Source: a virus
Direction: 5' to 3' (one strand)
Virus record (IMG/VR): IMGVR_UViG_3300046804_002503
Coordinates: 32,001-96,000 of that record
DNA: 64,000 nt
The translations under genes and the position numbers were made by a program. The notes below the pieces were generated by a model that did no database searches, was not told the origin of the DNA, and was given only the letters and a program-made list of their open reading frames with translations. Of this stretch, positions 39,869 to 49,002 are shown piece by piece (position 1 is the first letter of the stretch; each line of letters begins with the position of its first letter).

Positions 39869-41233
39869 TTAACCTGTAATTTCTTTAATTACGTTTCCAT
39901 AAACATCTGTGAGGCGAAAGGGTCTGCCGTTGTATGAATATGTGAGCTTAGTGTGATCAAATCCCATTAATTGGAGAATGGTAGCATGTAAATCATGAAC
40001 ATGTACCTTATCTTTTTCAGCCTTGCCACCAGTTTCATCTGTTTCACCATATCTTTGACCACCTTTAACTCCACCACCAGCCATCCAGACACTAAATGCT
40101 TTGCCATTGTGGTCTCTTCCCGGAGCACCTGCTGAACCTCCTGCTGTAACCGTACGACCAAATTCTCCACCCCAAACAATTAACGTAGAGTCTAACAAGC
40201 CTCTTTGCTTGAGATCTGTAATAAGAGCCGCAATGGCTTGATCATGGGTCTTAGTAGTCCTGGGCATTGCTTCTTTAATATTTTCGTGGTGATCATAACC
40301 ACCAATGTTTACCTGAACAAAGCGCACTCCTCGCTCTACTAACCGTCTAGCAATTAACAAACGTGCTCCGTTTGGATTGACGCCGTACATTTCTTTAATG
40401 TTTTCCGGTTCTTTGGTTAAATCAAAAACATCTGTTGCTTCTGTTTGCATTTTAAATGCAGTTTCAAACGCTTCTATGCGTGCCTCAAATTGAGCATCAC
40501 GCTGAACATTTTGCATGTGAATTTCGTTTATGGTCTTAGAAAAGTCTAATTGACGACGTTGACGGTCTAAGCCGGAAAATTGGCTTCTAATATTGTTAAT
40601 TAATTGATCAGCCGTGGCTCCTGGGCGATAATCTACATTGCTGCCTTGGAACATGCCTGGTAAAAATGCACTTTGTCTCGATACCGAGGAGCCATTTAAG
40701 CTAATAAAACCAGGCATGTTTTGATTTACGGTTCCCAGACCATACACAATCCAACTACCTAAGCTAGGTTTAGGCAATTGAGCACTTCCCGTGTGCATTA
40801 CTTTAGCAGCAATGCCGTGATCAGGAATTTCTGCAAACATAGAATTAATAATTGCCATATGATCTGCATGTTTGCTTAATTCAGACCACACTTCTGAGAT
40901 TTCTATTCCTGATTTACCACTTTTATTAAATTGAAATGGAGATGCTAGTAGTTCCCCGTGTTCCATTTTCTTGCCATTATTTTTCTGAAGTTCTGGTTTA
41001 TAGTCAAACGTATCAACACTAGAAGGTGCTCCACCTGCAAATAGATGAATGATAGACTTAGCTTTAACTGGAAAATGAGACTGTTTGGGAAGGGTAGGAG
41101 AAATAGCTTCTGCTGTATGGGGATTTATTCCATACAGAGAGGCCAATGCTAATCCTCCTATACCGCTTCCAAAGCTAGTTAAAAATTCTCTTCGAGTTGT
41201 TGGTTCAGAGGGGTGGTATCCACAATCTTTCAT
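39869..41233 (-). CDS. DUF1501 family protein with Tat signal (copy 1)
   Basis: TRREFL twin-Arg; AKSIIHLFAGGAPSSVDTFDYKP, ARRLVERGVRFV, GEFGRT, GRDH, MAGGGVKGG. Confidence 0.9.
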   Translation of the reverse strand: MKDCGYHPSEPTTRREFLTSFGSGIGGLALASLYGINPHTAEAISPTLPKQSHFPVKAKSIIHLFAGGAPSSVDTFDYKPELQKNNGKKMEHGELLASPFQFNKSGKSGIEISEVWSELSKHADHMAIINSMFAEIPDHGIAAKVMHTGSAQLPKPSLGSWIVYGLGTVNQNMPGFISLNGSSVSRQSAFLPGMFQGSNVDYRPGATADQLINNIRSQFSGLDRQRRQLDFSKTINEIHMQNVQRDAQFEARIEAFETAFKMQTEATDVFDLTKEPENIKEMYGVNPNGARLLIARRLVERGVRFVQVNIGGYDHHENIKEAMPRTTKTHDQAIAALITDLKQRGLLDSTLIVWGGEFGRTVTAGGSAGAPGRDHNGKAFSVWMAGGGVKGGQRYGETDETGGKAEKDKVHVHDLHATILQLMGFDHTKLTYSYNGRPFRLTDVYGNVIKEITG

Positions 41234-41243
41234 AATATGTTGT

Positions 41244-41251
41244 TATTTATA
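41244..41251 (-). promoter_or_regulatory. Late promoter TATAAATA 10 nt before DUF1501 copy 1
   Basis: Exact T4 late consensus in an intergenic gap. Confidence 0.6.
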
Positions 41252-41273
41252 ATTAAATTTGTATAATAATTCA

Positions 41274-41438
41274 ATGAAGAATTTTTGGTACATTTGGTCT
41301 AAAGCTTTAGGTGAAAAGGCAAGTAATAGTGACAGTGTTTCAGATAAAGTTGCTATTATAAGAACTGCTATTGTTTTGGTTTATGTAATAACAAACTTTT
41401 TTATTGTGGCAGGAATTATTCGACACTGGAATCATTGA
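41274..41438 (+). CDS. 54-aa membrane protein of a type seen in aquatic T4-like phages (absent from the ORF track)
   Basis: MKNFWYIWSKALGEKASNSDSVSDKVAIIRTAIVLVYVITNFFIVAGIIRHWNH; TATAAT 6 nt upstream. Confidence 0.7.
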   Translation: MKNFWYIWSKALGEKASNSDSVSDKVAIIRTAIVLVYVITNFFIVAGIIRHWNH

Positions 41439-41439
41439 A

Positions 41440-42033
41440 TCAATCTAAGATCAAAGCTTCAAACTCTTCAGGTGTTTTAAGGTTTAATACTTCTTTTCTA
41501 TTATTGTTCAGAAAACTATACGACAAAACACTGTCTTCTAGATTACAAGAAAAGGTGGATTTCTTTTTTTGAATTACTCCACATCCGTGATCAACATTTA
41601 CTACAAATCCTTCATAATCTTTTTGATTTTTGCGAAATTTGTACACACTTTTCCACACTGTACCACACCAATGTGGATCTTCTAATGCTTCGGTGTCTGG
41701 GCTGCAATCGTGTAAAACTATTGTTCCGTTTTCAGATAAATGTTTAATACAATTAGCCAAATCTCTATCTACTTGTTCTTCTGTATGAAGGCCATCTATA
41801 AAAATAATATCATATTTAACATCAGAACTTAAAGAAGAAAAAAACTCATCTGAGGTTAGTTGATATCCTTTATCTGGTGGGTTATAAGAACAAGAGCTGA
41901 CTCCTGGATCTACTCCAGTTTTTTCAGTACAATTTACAGCATTAAAGCAATCTTTGTTAAATATTCCTATTTCTAAATAACTAGTATATTTGTATTTATT
42001 TATAAGGTCTTGAATAATAGTTATTCTATTCAT
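41440..42033 (-). CDS. Class I SAM-dependent methyltransferase (Methyltransf_24-like)
   Basis: YLEIGI, DIIFIDGLH, IVLHD. Confidence 0.8.
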   Translation of the reverse strand: MNRITIIQDLINKYKYTSYLEIGIFNKDCFNAVNCTEKTGVDPGVSSCSYNPPDKGYQLTSDEFFSSLSSDVKYDIIFIDGLHTEEQVDRDLANCIKHLSENGTIVLHDCSPDTEALEDPHWCGTVWKSVYKFRKNQKDYEGFVVNVDHGCGVIQKKKSTFSCNLEDSVLSYSFLNNNRKEVLNLKTPEEFEALILD

Positions 42034-42046
42034 GATTTGAGTTAAA

Positions 42047-43318
42047 TTAAGCCAAAAGATCTGTTATAACCTTTCCGTCTTTAACTATAGCAGAGGGACG
42101 CCCACCAGGAGCCATCAAATGTTTATCTGGATCTATGCCTAATTGGGTATACATAGTTGCTGCAAGGTTTTCTACAGAAACTGGATTCTCTTCTACATCT
42201 GCTCCGGTAGCATCTGAAGAACCGTAAATCAATCCTTTCTTAAATCCTCCACCTGCAAATGCTACAGAGAACACTCTGGGCCAGTGATCGCGGCCTGCAT
42301 CTTTGTTAATCTTAGGTGTCCTGCCAAACTCAGAGCTAACCATTACAAGAGTAGAATCTAACATTCCTCTTTGCTCTAAGTCTGTAATCAAAGCTGCATA
42401 TGCTTGATCAAAAAATGGAAGTTGTTTACTAATTCCGCCAGCGATATTAGTATGCATATCCCAACCTCCATAAGTTACGGACACAAATCGTACTCCGGCT
42501 TCTACTAATCTGCGGGCCATGAGTAAACGTTGACCAGCTTGGTTCAAGCCGTAAGAATTTTTCATTTTATCGGATTCTTTTTGCAAATCAAAAGCTTCTC
42601 TAGCATGGGGTGAAGAAATCATAGCATAAGCTTTTTGATAAAATTCATCCATAGCAGCTACATTATCATTAGCTTCCATGTACTTAAAGTGGCTATCTAC
42701 TGTATCTAGAATACTTCTTCTTTTTTCAAAGCGAGCTGTATCTATTCCTTCTGGTAAATTTAAATCTCTTACCTTGAATTTTTCAGATGCTGGATCAGAT
42801 CCTAAACTAAAAGGTCCGTAAGCTTTGCTGAGATATCCAGTGTCTGCTGGATCTGAAAGTTTTTGTGGCACACAAACATAAGCCGGCAAACTATTTCTAT
42901 CTTTAAGTTCATGAGCTACAACTGAACCAAACGAAGGATACTCCAAAGCTGGTGAAGGACGGTATCCTGTAAACATAGATATAGTACCTCTTTCGTGTGC
43001 AGCTTCACCATGAGTCATGGAGCGAACAACGGTTAATTTGTCTGCAATCTTGGCTGTATGTTTAAAATACTCGGAAAAATGTACTCCAGGAATAGCAGTT
43101 TTAACCGTTCCAAGTGGACCCCTATACTCAATAGGAGCATTGGGATGGGGGTCCCAGGTTTCTTGGGCTGCAGCACCGCCGGGTAAAAAGATATGAATTA
43201 CCGATTGAGCCTTTGCAGACAAATTTTGGGGGGATTGAGCTTGAAGTTTGAAGTATTCACCCATGGTTAAACCTAAACCACCTACAAGCCCACTGTAAAT
43301 GAAGTCTCGTCTGTTCAT
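42047..43318 (-). CDS. DUF1501 family protein with Tat signal (copy 2)
   Basis: MNRRDFI; SVIHIFLPGG..QETWDPHPNAP.EYRG, ARRLVEAGVRFV, GGWDMH, SEFGRTPKIN..GRDHWP. Confidence 0.92.
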   Translation of the reverse strand: MNRRDFIYSGLVGGLGLTMGEYFKLQAQSPQNLSAKAQSVIHIFLPGGAAAQETWDPHPNAPIEYRGPLGTVKTAIPGVHFSEYFKHTAKIADKLTVVRSMTHGEAAHERGTISMFTGYRPSPALEYPSFGSVVAHELKDRNSLPAYVCVPQKLSDPADTGYLSKAYGPFSLGSDPASEKFKVRDLNLPEGIDTARFEKRRSILDTVDSHFKYMEANDNVAAMDEFYQKAYAMISSPHAREAFDLQKESDKMKNSYGLNQAGQRLLMARRLVEAGVRFVSVTYGGWDMHTNIAGGISKQLPFFDQAYAALITDLEQRGMLDSTLVMVSSEFGRTPKINKDAGRDHWPRVFSVAFAGGGFKKGLIYGSSDATGADVEENPVSVENLAATMYTQLGIDPDKHLMAPGGRPSAIVKDGKVITDLLA

Positions 43319-43322
43319 ATAG

Positions 43323-43607
43323 TTATTTATCGTTTACTTGTAGCAAATAATTAGAACCTACTTCTAACATATTTTTAAAATATTTCATTACATCCTTGGT
43401 AAATTCTATTTGAGCATTGTCTGGAACATGAGAAGTGTATCTTTCATATACTAGATACATCATAGCTGCTACTGTGGTTGCGTCAAATTCGTGATTTTCT
43501 ACATCTCTAAAACAAGGTAACCAGACTTCTCCGTCTTGCATTTTAATCAAACCTAATTTACCAACTATTTTTAGACTTTCTGCGTCTAAATCTTTTTCAT
43601 TGCTCAT
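43323..43607 (-). CDS. Hypothetical protein (likely start 43607)
   Basis: MSNEKD start minimises overlap with the sulfotransferase gene. Confidence 0.5.
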   Translation of the reverse strand: MSNEKDLDAESLKIVGKLGLIKMQDGEVWLPCFRDVENHEFDATTVAAMMYLVYERYTSHVPDNAQIEFTKDVMKYFKNMLEVGSNYLLQVNDK

Positions 43608-44421
43608 AATTAAAAAAATCAAAATACCACTTAAAATTATTATAGATAGTATTAGACAAAGATTCACCTAAAATTTCATTGTAATAATTAGCAATTGGTA
43701 AAACTTCTTTTTTTATAGTGTGTAAATTTCTTATACCAAAAACTTCATCATCTTCAAACGTAATTTGATCTACTAAAGAAAAATTGTGCTCAAAATTTTC
43801 TATCTTTAAAAAATTATAGATATTTTTTAATGTATTTTTAGGATTAGATGTTAAATCCTCAAATTTAATAAACAAAATTTTATCTCTAAAGGGTTGATTT
43901 ATTATGTCAAATATTCGATTAATAGACAATCCAATAGGAGGTTTAGAAAGGTTTTGCTCTACTCTTTTTATTGTAGTAGTACCTTTTAATTCTAAGTAAT
44001 TTTTGTTATCTGGATTAAGAATAGAATTTTCTCTTTCTATTTTTTCCATAGAAGCTAGTATGCTTCTTAAATCTCTTACCAAACAAATTATCTTCGGATT
44101 GGGATAAAATGAATTTAAAAAATTGTAATTTATAGCCCAGCCTCTACTTTTATCTATTACATATTTTTTATTTGTAATGGCTCTAAAATAACCTTCTAGA
44201 CCAGCTTTGCAGAAATTTTTAAATGCTGTAGAGACTGTATTAAAATCTTGGGCTTTAAATTCTATAGACTTAGAAAAATTAAGTTGAGCACCGTACAATA
44301 ATTCTAAAACTCCACTAGTAGGTGTTACATAAAAATTAGGATTTTGACCTAAAATATTTTGCAACAAAGTACTTCCAGATCGTGGAAGAGAAGAATTAAA
44401 GAATATGGTTGGTGTTGTCAT
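43597..44421 (-). CDS. Sulfotransferase family protein
   Basis: SLPRSGSTLL (5'-PSB), IDKSR, LVRDLRSILAS, FEDL. Confidence 0.85.
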   Translation of the reverse strand: MTTPTIFFNSSLPRSGSTLLQNILGQNPNFYVTPTSGVLELLYGAQLNFSKSIEFKAQDFNTVSTAFKNFCKAGLEGYFRAITNKKYVIDKSRGWAINYNFLNSFYPNPKIICLVRDLRSILASMEKIERENSILNPDNKNYLELKGTTTIKRVEQNLSKPPIGLSINRIFDIINQPFRDKILFIKFEDLTSNPKNTLKNIYNFLKIENFEHNFSLVDQITFEDDEVFGIRNLHTIKKEVLPIANYYNEILGESLSNTIYNNFKWYFDFFNYEQ

Positions 44422-45091
44422 CTAAAGGTATAAATTCACAATAAGCAAACCTTCTGTCTGATGAAATCACCGGATAAAAATAATCATTTTTTAATTTAAC
44501 TATAGACCTATAATGTTTAACATGAAAAATATCATCCATTAACAAAACTTTTGTTTTAAGTTTTTCTGGATCTAATTTCATAAACTGTAGAAACTCTAAA
44601 TATCCTACACCCCCAGCAGAATCTAAAAATATTAACTGTCGAGTATGATTGTTTATTAAGTCCCACAGTTTATTTTCTTCTGGAGGTAATCCATCATCAA
44701 AACCGCAAATCTCTTGTAAATAAAAAGATTTGGCATTTTCCCCGCCGTCAACATTTATTTTCTTGGTAAAAACTAATTCAGACTTATAAACAGAATCTTC
44801 TTCTATAAATTTACGCATTTCATTTATAGGCAAAGACGAAGCATGTAATACCTTTACATTAGAATAATTTTTTAAATTATTTGATGCTACTTGATAATGT
44901 GATTTACAACTTTCTAAAGAAATTACATTTAAACCAGTTTCTGCAAAAACCTTAGTAGAACCCAAGCCATTAAAGGCTCCGGTTTCAATGATCTCTATTA
45001 GAGAATGTTTTTTAATCAAAAGATTAACGGTATCTACAAATAAAGAACTTTTTAAATTTATATATTCTGGTTGGTTTAGTAAATCTGACAT
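44396..45091 (-). CDS. Putative methyltransferase-fold protein
   Basis: IIETGAFNGLGST, IFLDS, LMDD. Confidence 0.5.
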   Translation of the reverse strand: MSDLLNQPEYINLKSSLFVDTVNLLIKKHSLIEIIETGAFNGLGSTKVFAETGLNVISLESCKSHYQVASNNLKNYSNVKVLHASSLPINEMRKFIEEDSVYKSELVFTKKINVDGGENAKSFYLQEICGFDDGLPPEENKLWDLINNHTRQLIFLDSAGGVGYLEFLQFMKLDPEKLKTKVLLMDDIFHVKHYRSIVKLKNDYFYPVISSDRRFAYCEFIPLDDNTNHIL

Positions 45092-45092
45092 A

Positions 45093-46004
45093 TTAAATCG
45101 GTTTATCAAAATTAATTTCTTCTTGATTGATGTAATCTAAGAAGGGTTTTTTGTCAAAAATGTTATCTATATCATCATATGGACATTCATACATCCTTCT
45201 ACCCACCCAATCTCCTTCTTCTAGATAACTATCAATGTTGTGTCTGAAAGCTTTTTGTTGTGAAGGCAAAATGTTAGTATGTAAATTATGACCAAACACT
45301 TTTGGAGAATTGTAAATCCAACCAACAGCTGCCGGTCTGTCTAAAGCTGCTGCAATGTGTTGAACTAAAGAATCTATCAAGATTAATTTGTCTGCTAAGT
45401 ACACATAACAAAATAAATTTCTTAAATTGTCTGTAACTTGAATGGTATTTTGAAGAGCTGGCTGATCGTCTCTTCTAAAATGTAAAATCTTTTCAAATTT
45501 ACCCTTACATTCATCTACCAAAAGCTGAGCAAAAGCAGGTGGAAGATCTCTAGCCCAAGAATATTGTGTTTCTTGCCCTTGGGCTCCTCCAAATGGCTGC
45601 ATAATTAACATTTTACCTTGTTTATTAATAGTTTTTGCAGCATGAAAAAGTTCTCTTTGTGTGAGGTGCAATTTTGGTTTAGTAGTAACACATGGAATAT
45701 TAAAAAGTTCACACCAAACCTCTACTAAATGTTTTTTATTATTAATAAAATCACCGTGATGGTAGGGTTCTGTGCGTAAAATGATAGAATCCTTGTTTTT
45801 TACGTAATCATCATAAAAATAAGCAAAGTTACCCATTTTATAAACTCTATGAACTAGTGGATTATGCAGAAAGGGTTCAGCCCAAGCTGATACGACTACT
45901 AGTTTATGTTTTGGGTAGGCTGCTTTGATAGATTCACACATAGCCGTAGCCATGACACTTTTACCAGCTCCACCATCTATATGAAAGATAACGTATTTGT
46001 CCAT
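45093..46004 (-). CDS. Glycosyltransferase-like protein (GT9/GT-B type)
   Basis: IDGGAGKSV, IDSLVQHIAAAL, PKVFGH. Confidence 0.6.
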   Translation of the reverse strand: MDKYVIFHIDGGAGKSVMATAMCESIKAAYPKHKLVVVSAWAEPFLHNPLVHRVYKMGNFAYFYDDYVKNKDSIILRTEPYHHGDFINNKKHLVEVWCELFNIPCVTTKPKLHLTQRELFHAAKTINKQGKMLIMQPFGGAQGQETQYSWARDLPPAFAQLLVDECKGKFEKILHFRRDDQPALQNTIQVTDNLRNLFCYVYLADKLILIDSLVQHIAAALDRPAAVGWIYNSPKVFGHNLHTNILPSQQKAFRHNIDSYLEEGDWVGRRMYECPYDDIDNIFDKKPFLDYINQEEINFDKPI

Positions 46005-46006
46005 GT

Positions 46007-46471
46007 TTACTTTAATTTAGTTAAAAATTCTATTTCTTCACCTGTAGGATCTCCGCAATTTAAACCTTTATAAATTTTGTTAGAAGGTTTAAAATTTAAA
46101 TTATTTGAATTTAATTTTTTAAAATAATTTTTAAATAATTTTTTACAAATTTTAGAAATTACTTCTGATACAAAATTATTTTCTTCAAAATATTCTGAAA
46201 GTTTTTTAAATTCTGAAAAATCTTTATATACTGTAAGAATTTTTAAATTTAATTCTTTATATACAATTTTAATTTCTAAAATAATGTCTAGAATTTCTTT
46301 TTCAACAAAAAATTTAAAAAATTTTTCTTTTCCGGTGATCTTTTTGTTTAAAAGATTCCAATCAGATAATCTATCTATTACTCGAGTTAATAGAGTATCT
46401 AGATATAGGTGTAGTGGTAGAACTATAATTCTTTGTTCTAAGTAAACCACTAAACTTTCTTTAATTCTCAT
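46007..46471 (-). CDS. Hypothetical protein
   Basis: 154-aa very AT-rich ORF. Confidence 0.5.
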   Translation of the reverse strand: MRIKESLVVYLEQRIIVLPLHLYLDTLLTRVIDRLSDWNLLNKKITGKEKFFKFFVEKEILDIILEIKIVYKELNLKILTVYKDFSEFKKLSEYFEENNFVSEVISKICKKLFKNYFKKLNSNNLNFKPSNKIYKGLNCGDPTGEEIEFLTKLK

Positions 46472-46494
46472 TATATTTAGAGAATCTGTCAGTT

Positions 46495-46917
46495 TTAAAA
46501 ATTGTCAACGGTAAAATTTTTAGGGGGTCTACCAATTCTTACGTTGATTATACCATTGTAATATTCCAGCTTGAATAAAACATCCCTTAAAATTTGTTCT
46601 TTTATTTCAAAATAAGCTAATTCCCATTTACTACCACAAGTTTTAATAATGGTAAAAGTAAAATGTTCTTTACCCAGCCGTAAAATGTCTTCGTTGACTT
46701 TATCAGAAGAACTAGTATAAAATTTCCAATCAGATTCTTTGAAGTCTATCCTGTTGCGTTTTTTACCTTTTAAAGGTTTGCGTTTAACTTTAGAAAAACA
46801 TTGTTTTTTGCCTATATAATATTTGTTTTCCTTAATGTTATGTATTTCATATATAAACCCAAAGGTATCTTCAGTTAATACTACTCCTTCTTTGAGTTGC
46901 CAGTGGCCGGTTTCCAT
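46495..46917 (-). CDS. GIY-YIG-like protein of T4-like phages
   Basis: GFIY...YIGKK, ESDWKFYTSS, YYNGII. Confidence 0.7.
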   Translation of the reverse strand: METGHWQLKEGVVLTEDTFGFIYEIHNIKENKYYIGKKQCFSKVKRKPLKGKKRNRIDFKESDWKFYTSSSDKVNEDILRLGKEHFTFTIIKTCGSKWELAYFEIKEQILRDVLFKLEYYNGIINVRIGRPPKNFTVDNF

Positions 46918-47147
46918 ATTGTTTCAGGGAATGTTCTCCTAATTATGGGTGTTTTTTTCTTTTTCACCTTTTTCTTTCCTTTCTTAACCACATCTTTACC
47001 AGCTATAGCCATAGTTTTATAGGTACTTTCTTGCCCAAAAGCTTCCGGGTTGCCATATACATTAGCTACACCAAATACTCCACCAGCTCCGGCGGTGTTC
47101 ATATTTTCTAATACTTGCTCTATTAAAAGTTGAAAAAAGTTAGACAT
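46881..47147 (-). CDS. 88-aa protein resembling the gp23 N-terminal arm, with a poly-Lys insert
   Basis: Ungapped similarity to gp23 aa 61-90 and shared PxxRRTFPExI; late motif at 47166-47173. Confidence 0.7.
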   Translation of the reverse strand: MSNFFQLLIEQVLENMNTAGAGGVFGVANVYGNPEAFGQESTYKTMAIAGKDVVKKGKKKVKKKKTPIIRRTFPETIWKPATGNSKKE

Positions 47148-47170
47148 ATAGGATTATTATTAAAATATTT

Positions 47171-47563
47171 ATGTTGGACTTAAATCGTTTAAGTGAAGAA
47201 TTAAAAGAGGATACCAGAATAGATGAATTAAATCTTCTTCAAAAACAATTAATGTTGCCTGGTATTAAACATAAATGGGTTGCTCGTTTAATTACTGAAA
47301 AGAGACATTTAAATTCTTTAATAAGAAAGAAGAAAGTAGCTAAAGCAGCTGTATTATCTTCTTTAAATGATATTCCACCTGGCATTCCTAAAGCTTCTTT
47401 AGAAAAGAAAATTGATGCCTCAGATACTATACAAAAAATAGATCAAGAAATTGAAGATACTCAAACTATAATTGAGTATCTAGAAAAAGTAGAACAAATT
47501 TTTCGTTCTATGACCTATGATATTAAAAATATTATAGATATTAATCGTCTGGAGACGACATAA
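47171..47563 (+). CDS. uvsY: Recombination mediator UvsY-like
   Basis: DTRIDE..L....L.LP..KHKW; IEYLE....TYDIKNII; directly before UvsW. Confidence 0.75.
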   Translation: MLDLNRLSEELKEDTRIDELNLLQKQLMLPGIKHKWVARLITEKRHLNSLIRKKKVAKAAVLSSLNDIPPGIPKASLEKKIDASDTIQKIDQEIEDTQTIIEYLEKVEQIFRSMTYDIKNIIDINRLETT

Positions 47564-49002
47564 TGGTGACATTTAGCTTAATAAATAAAAATAAACAAGC
47601 TCAAATATCAGCTCCACCAGAAGAGCTTGACGTTGTGAGGGAAAATTTCTCTACAGCCAATCCATCTTATAGAAGAAATTCGGGAAGATTTATTCCCGCC
47701 AGGCTTTATAGTATTACCCCACAAGGTAAATTTGAAATAGGTCTTCTAAGGGAAATTTTAGAGTTCTTGCAATTGTCTAATATACCTTTTCAAGTCCCCG
47801 AAGACCTGAAGAAAATTTTTAATCCTACTATTTCGTTAAATAAAGATTTTTCTATTTCAAATCTCTCTAAAAATTATAGAGATTATCAAGAACAAAGTAT
47901 TATAGCAGCTATACGTCAGGGAAGGGGAGTTACTATTATTCCCACTGCCGGGGGAAAGACTCTTATTATGGCTGGTGTTATAAAAACAATTTGTTCTTTG
48001 AAGCAAATAACTGGTAAAATTTTAGTATTAGTACCTTCTCTACAGCTTGTTGAACAAACTGCATCTGATTTTGAAGAATATGGTCTAAAAAATGTTTCTA
48101 AATGGTCTGGTTCCAACGAATTAAATTATGATTCTGATATAATTGTAGCTGGCACACAAATTTTAATGTCAGACAAAACTGATCTTTCTATTTTAGCAGA
48201 CGTAGAATTACTTTTAGTAGATGAAGTACACTCTCTCAAAAGAGGTAATCGTATTAATGAAGTATTAAAACTAGTACCTACTATTCATAAATTTGGATTT
48301 ACAGGCACAATGCCTTCTCAAAAAATAGATCAGTGGAATATTATAGGTAAAATAGGACCCGTAACATACGAACAAAAAACTCACACCCTCAAAGAACAAA
48401 GTTATGTGTCTAAATTTAAAATTATAATTTTAAATGTTATACATAACAATGCTGTAAATTTTGATGTAGATTTTTCTCAGCCAGCTCTTGCTTATCAGCA
48501 GGAATTAGAATTTTTAACAAATAATGCTAGAAGAAATGAAATCATAGTTAATCTAACATTAAAACTAAAAGAAAATTCTCTAATAATGGTAGACAGAATA
48601 GAACATGGTAATTTAATTTACGAACAATTATCTAACTCAGCTAATTTAAAAGACAGACCAGTTTATTTTATTCAAGGAGCTACAGAGGTTGAAGATAGAG
48701 AAAAGATAAGAGCTTTAATGGACGCACGTCGTGATGTAATTGTGGTAGCTATTTCTAAAATTTTTAGTACCGGTATCAATATACCTAATTTACACAACAT
48801 TATTTTTGCAACTATAGGTAAAGCTAAAATAAAAATTATGCAATCTATAGGAAGAGCCTTAAGGTTGCATCACACTAAAACTGAAGCTACTATATTTGAT
48901 ATAGCAGACAATACCAAATACGGATCTAAACATGTTTTAGAACGTAAAAAAATGTACAATTTAGAAAAATATGAATACATCGAAAAAGAAATCCACGCGT
49001 AA
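47563..49002 (+). CDS. uvsW: UvsW-like SF2 helicase
   Basis: RDYQ, PTAGGKT, DEVH, GFTGT, FSTGINIPNL, QSIGRALR. Confidence 0.92.
   Translation: MVTFSLINKNKQAQISAPPEELDVVRENFSTANPSYRRNSGRFIPARLYSITPQGKFEIGLLREILEFLQLSNIPFQVPEDLKKIFNPTISLNKDFSISNLSKNYRDYQEQSIIAAIRQGRGVTIIPTAGGKTLIMAGVIKTICSLKQITGKILVLVPSLQLVEQTASDFEEYGLKNVSKWSGSNELNYDSDIIVAGTQILMSDKTDLSILADVELLLVDEVHSLKRGNRINEVLKLVPTIHKFGFTGTMPSQKIDQWNIIGKIGPVTYEQKTHTLKEQSYVSKFKIIILNVIHNNAVNFDVDFSQPALAYQQELEFLTNNARRNEIIVNLTLKLKENSLIMVDRIEHGNLIYEQLSNSANLKDRPVYFIQGATEVEDREKIRALMDARRDVIVVAISKIFSTGINIPNLHNIIFATIGKAKIKIMQSIGRALRLHHTKTEATIFDIADNTKYGSKHVLERKKMYNLEKYEYIEKEIHA

Noticed and set aside
46495-46917. GIY-YIG ORF as a mobile homing endonuclease
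   Set aside because: Only 140 aa with no DNA-binding tail and no intron context
47148-47170. Strand switch as replication origin
   Set aside because: Only a 23-bp AT-rich gap explained by divergent promoters; no iterons visible
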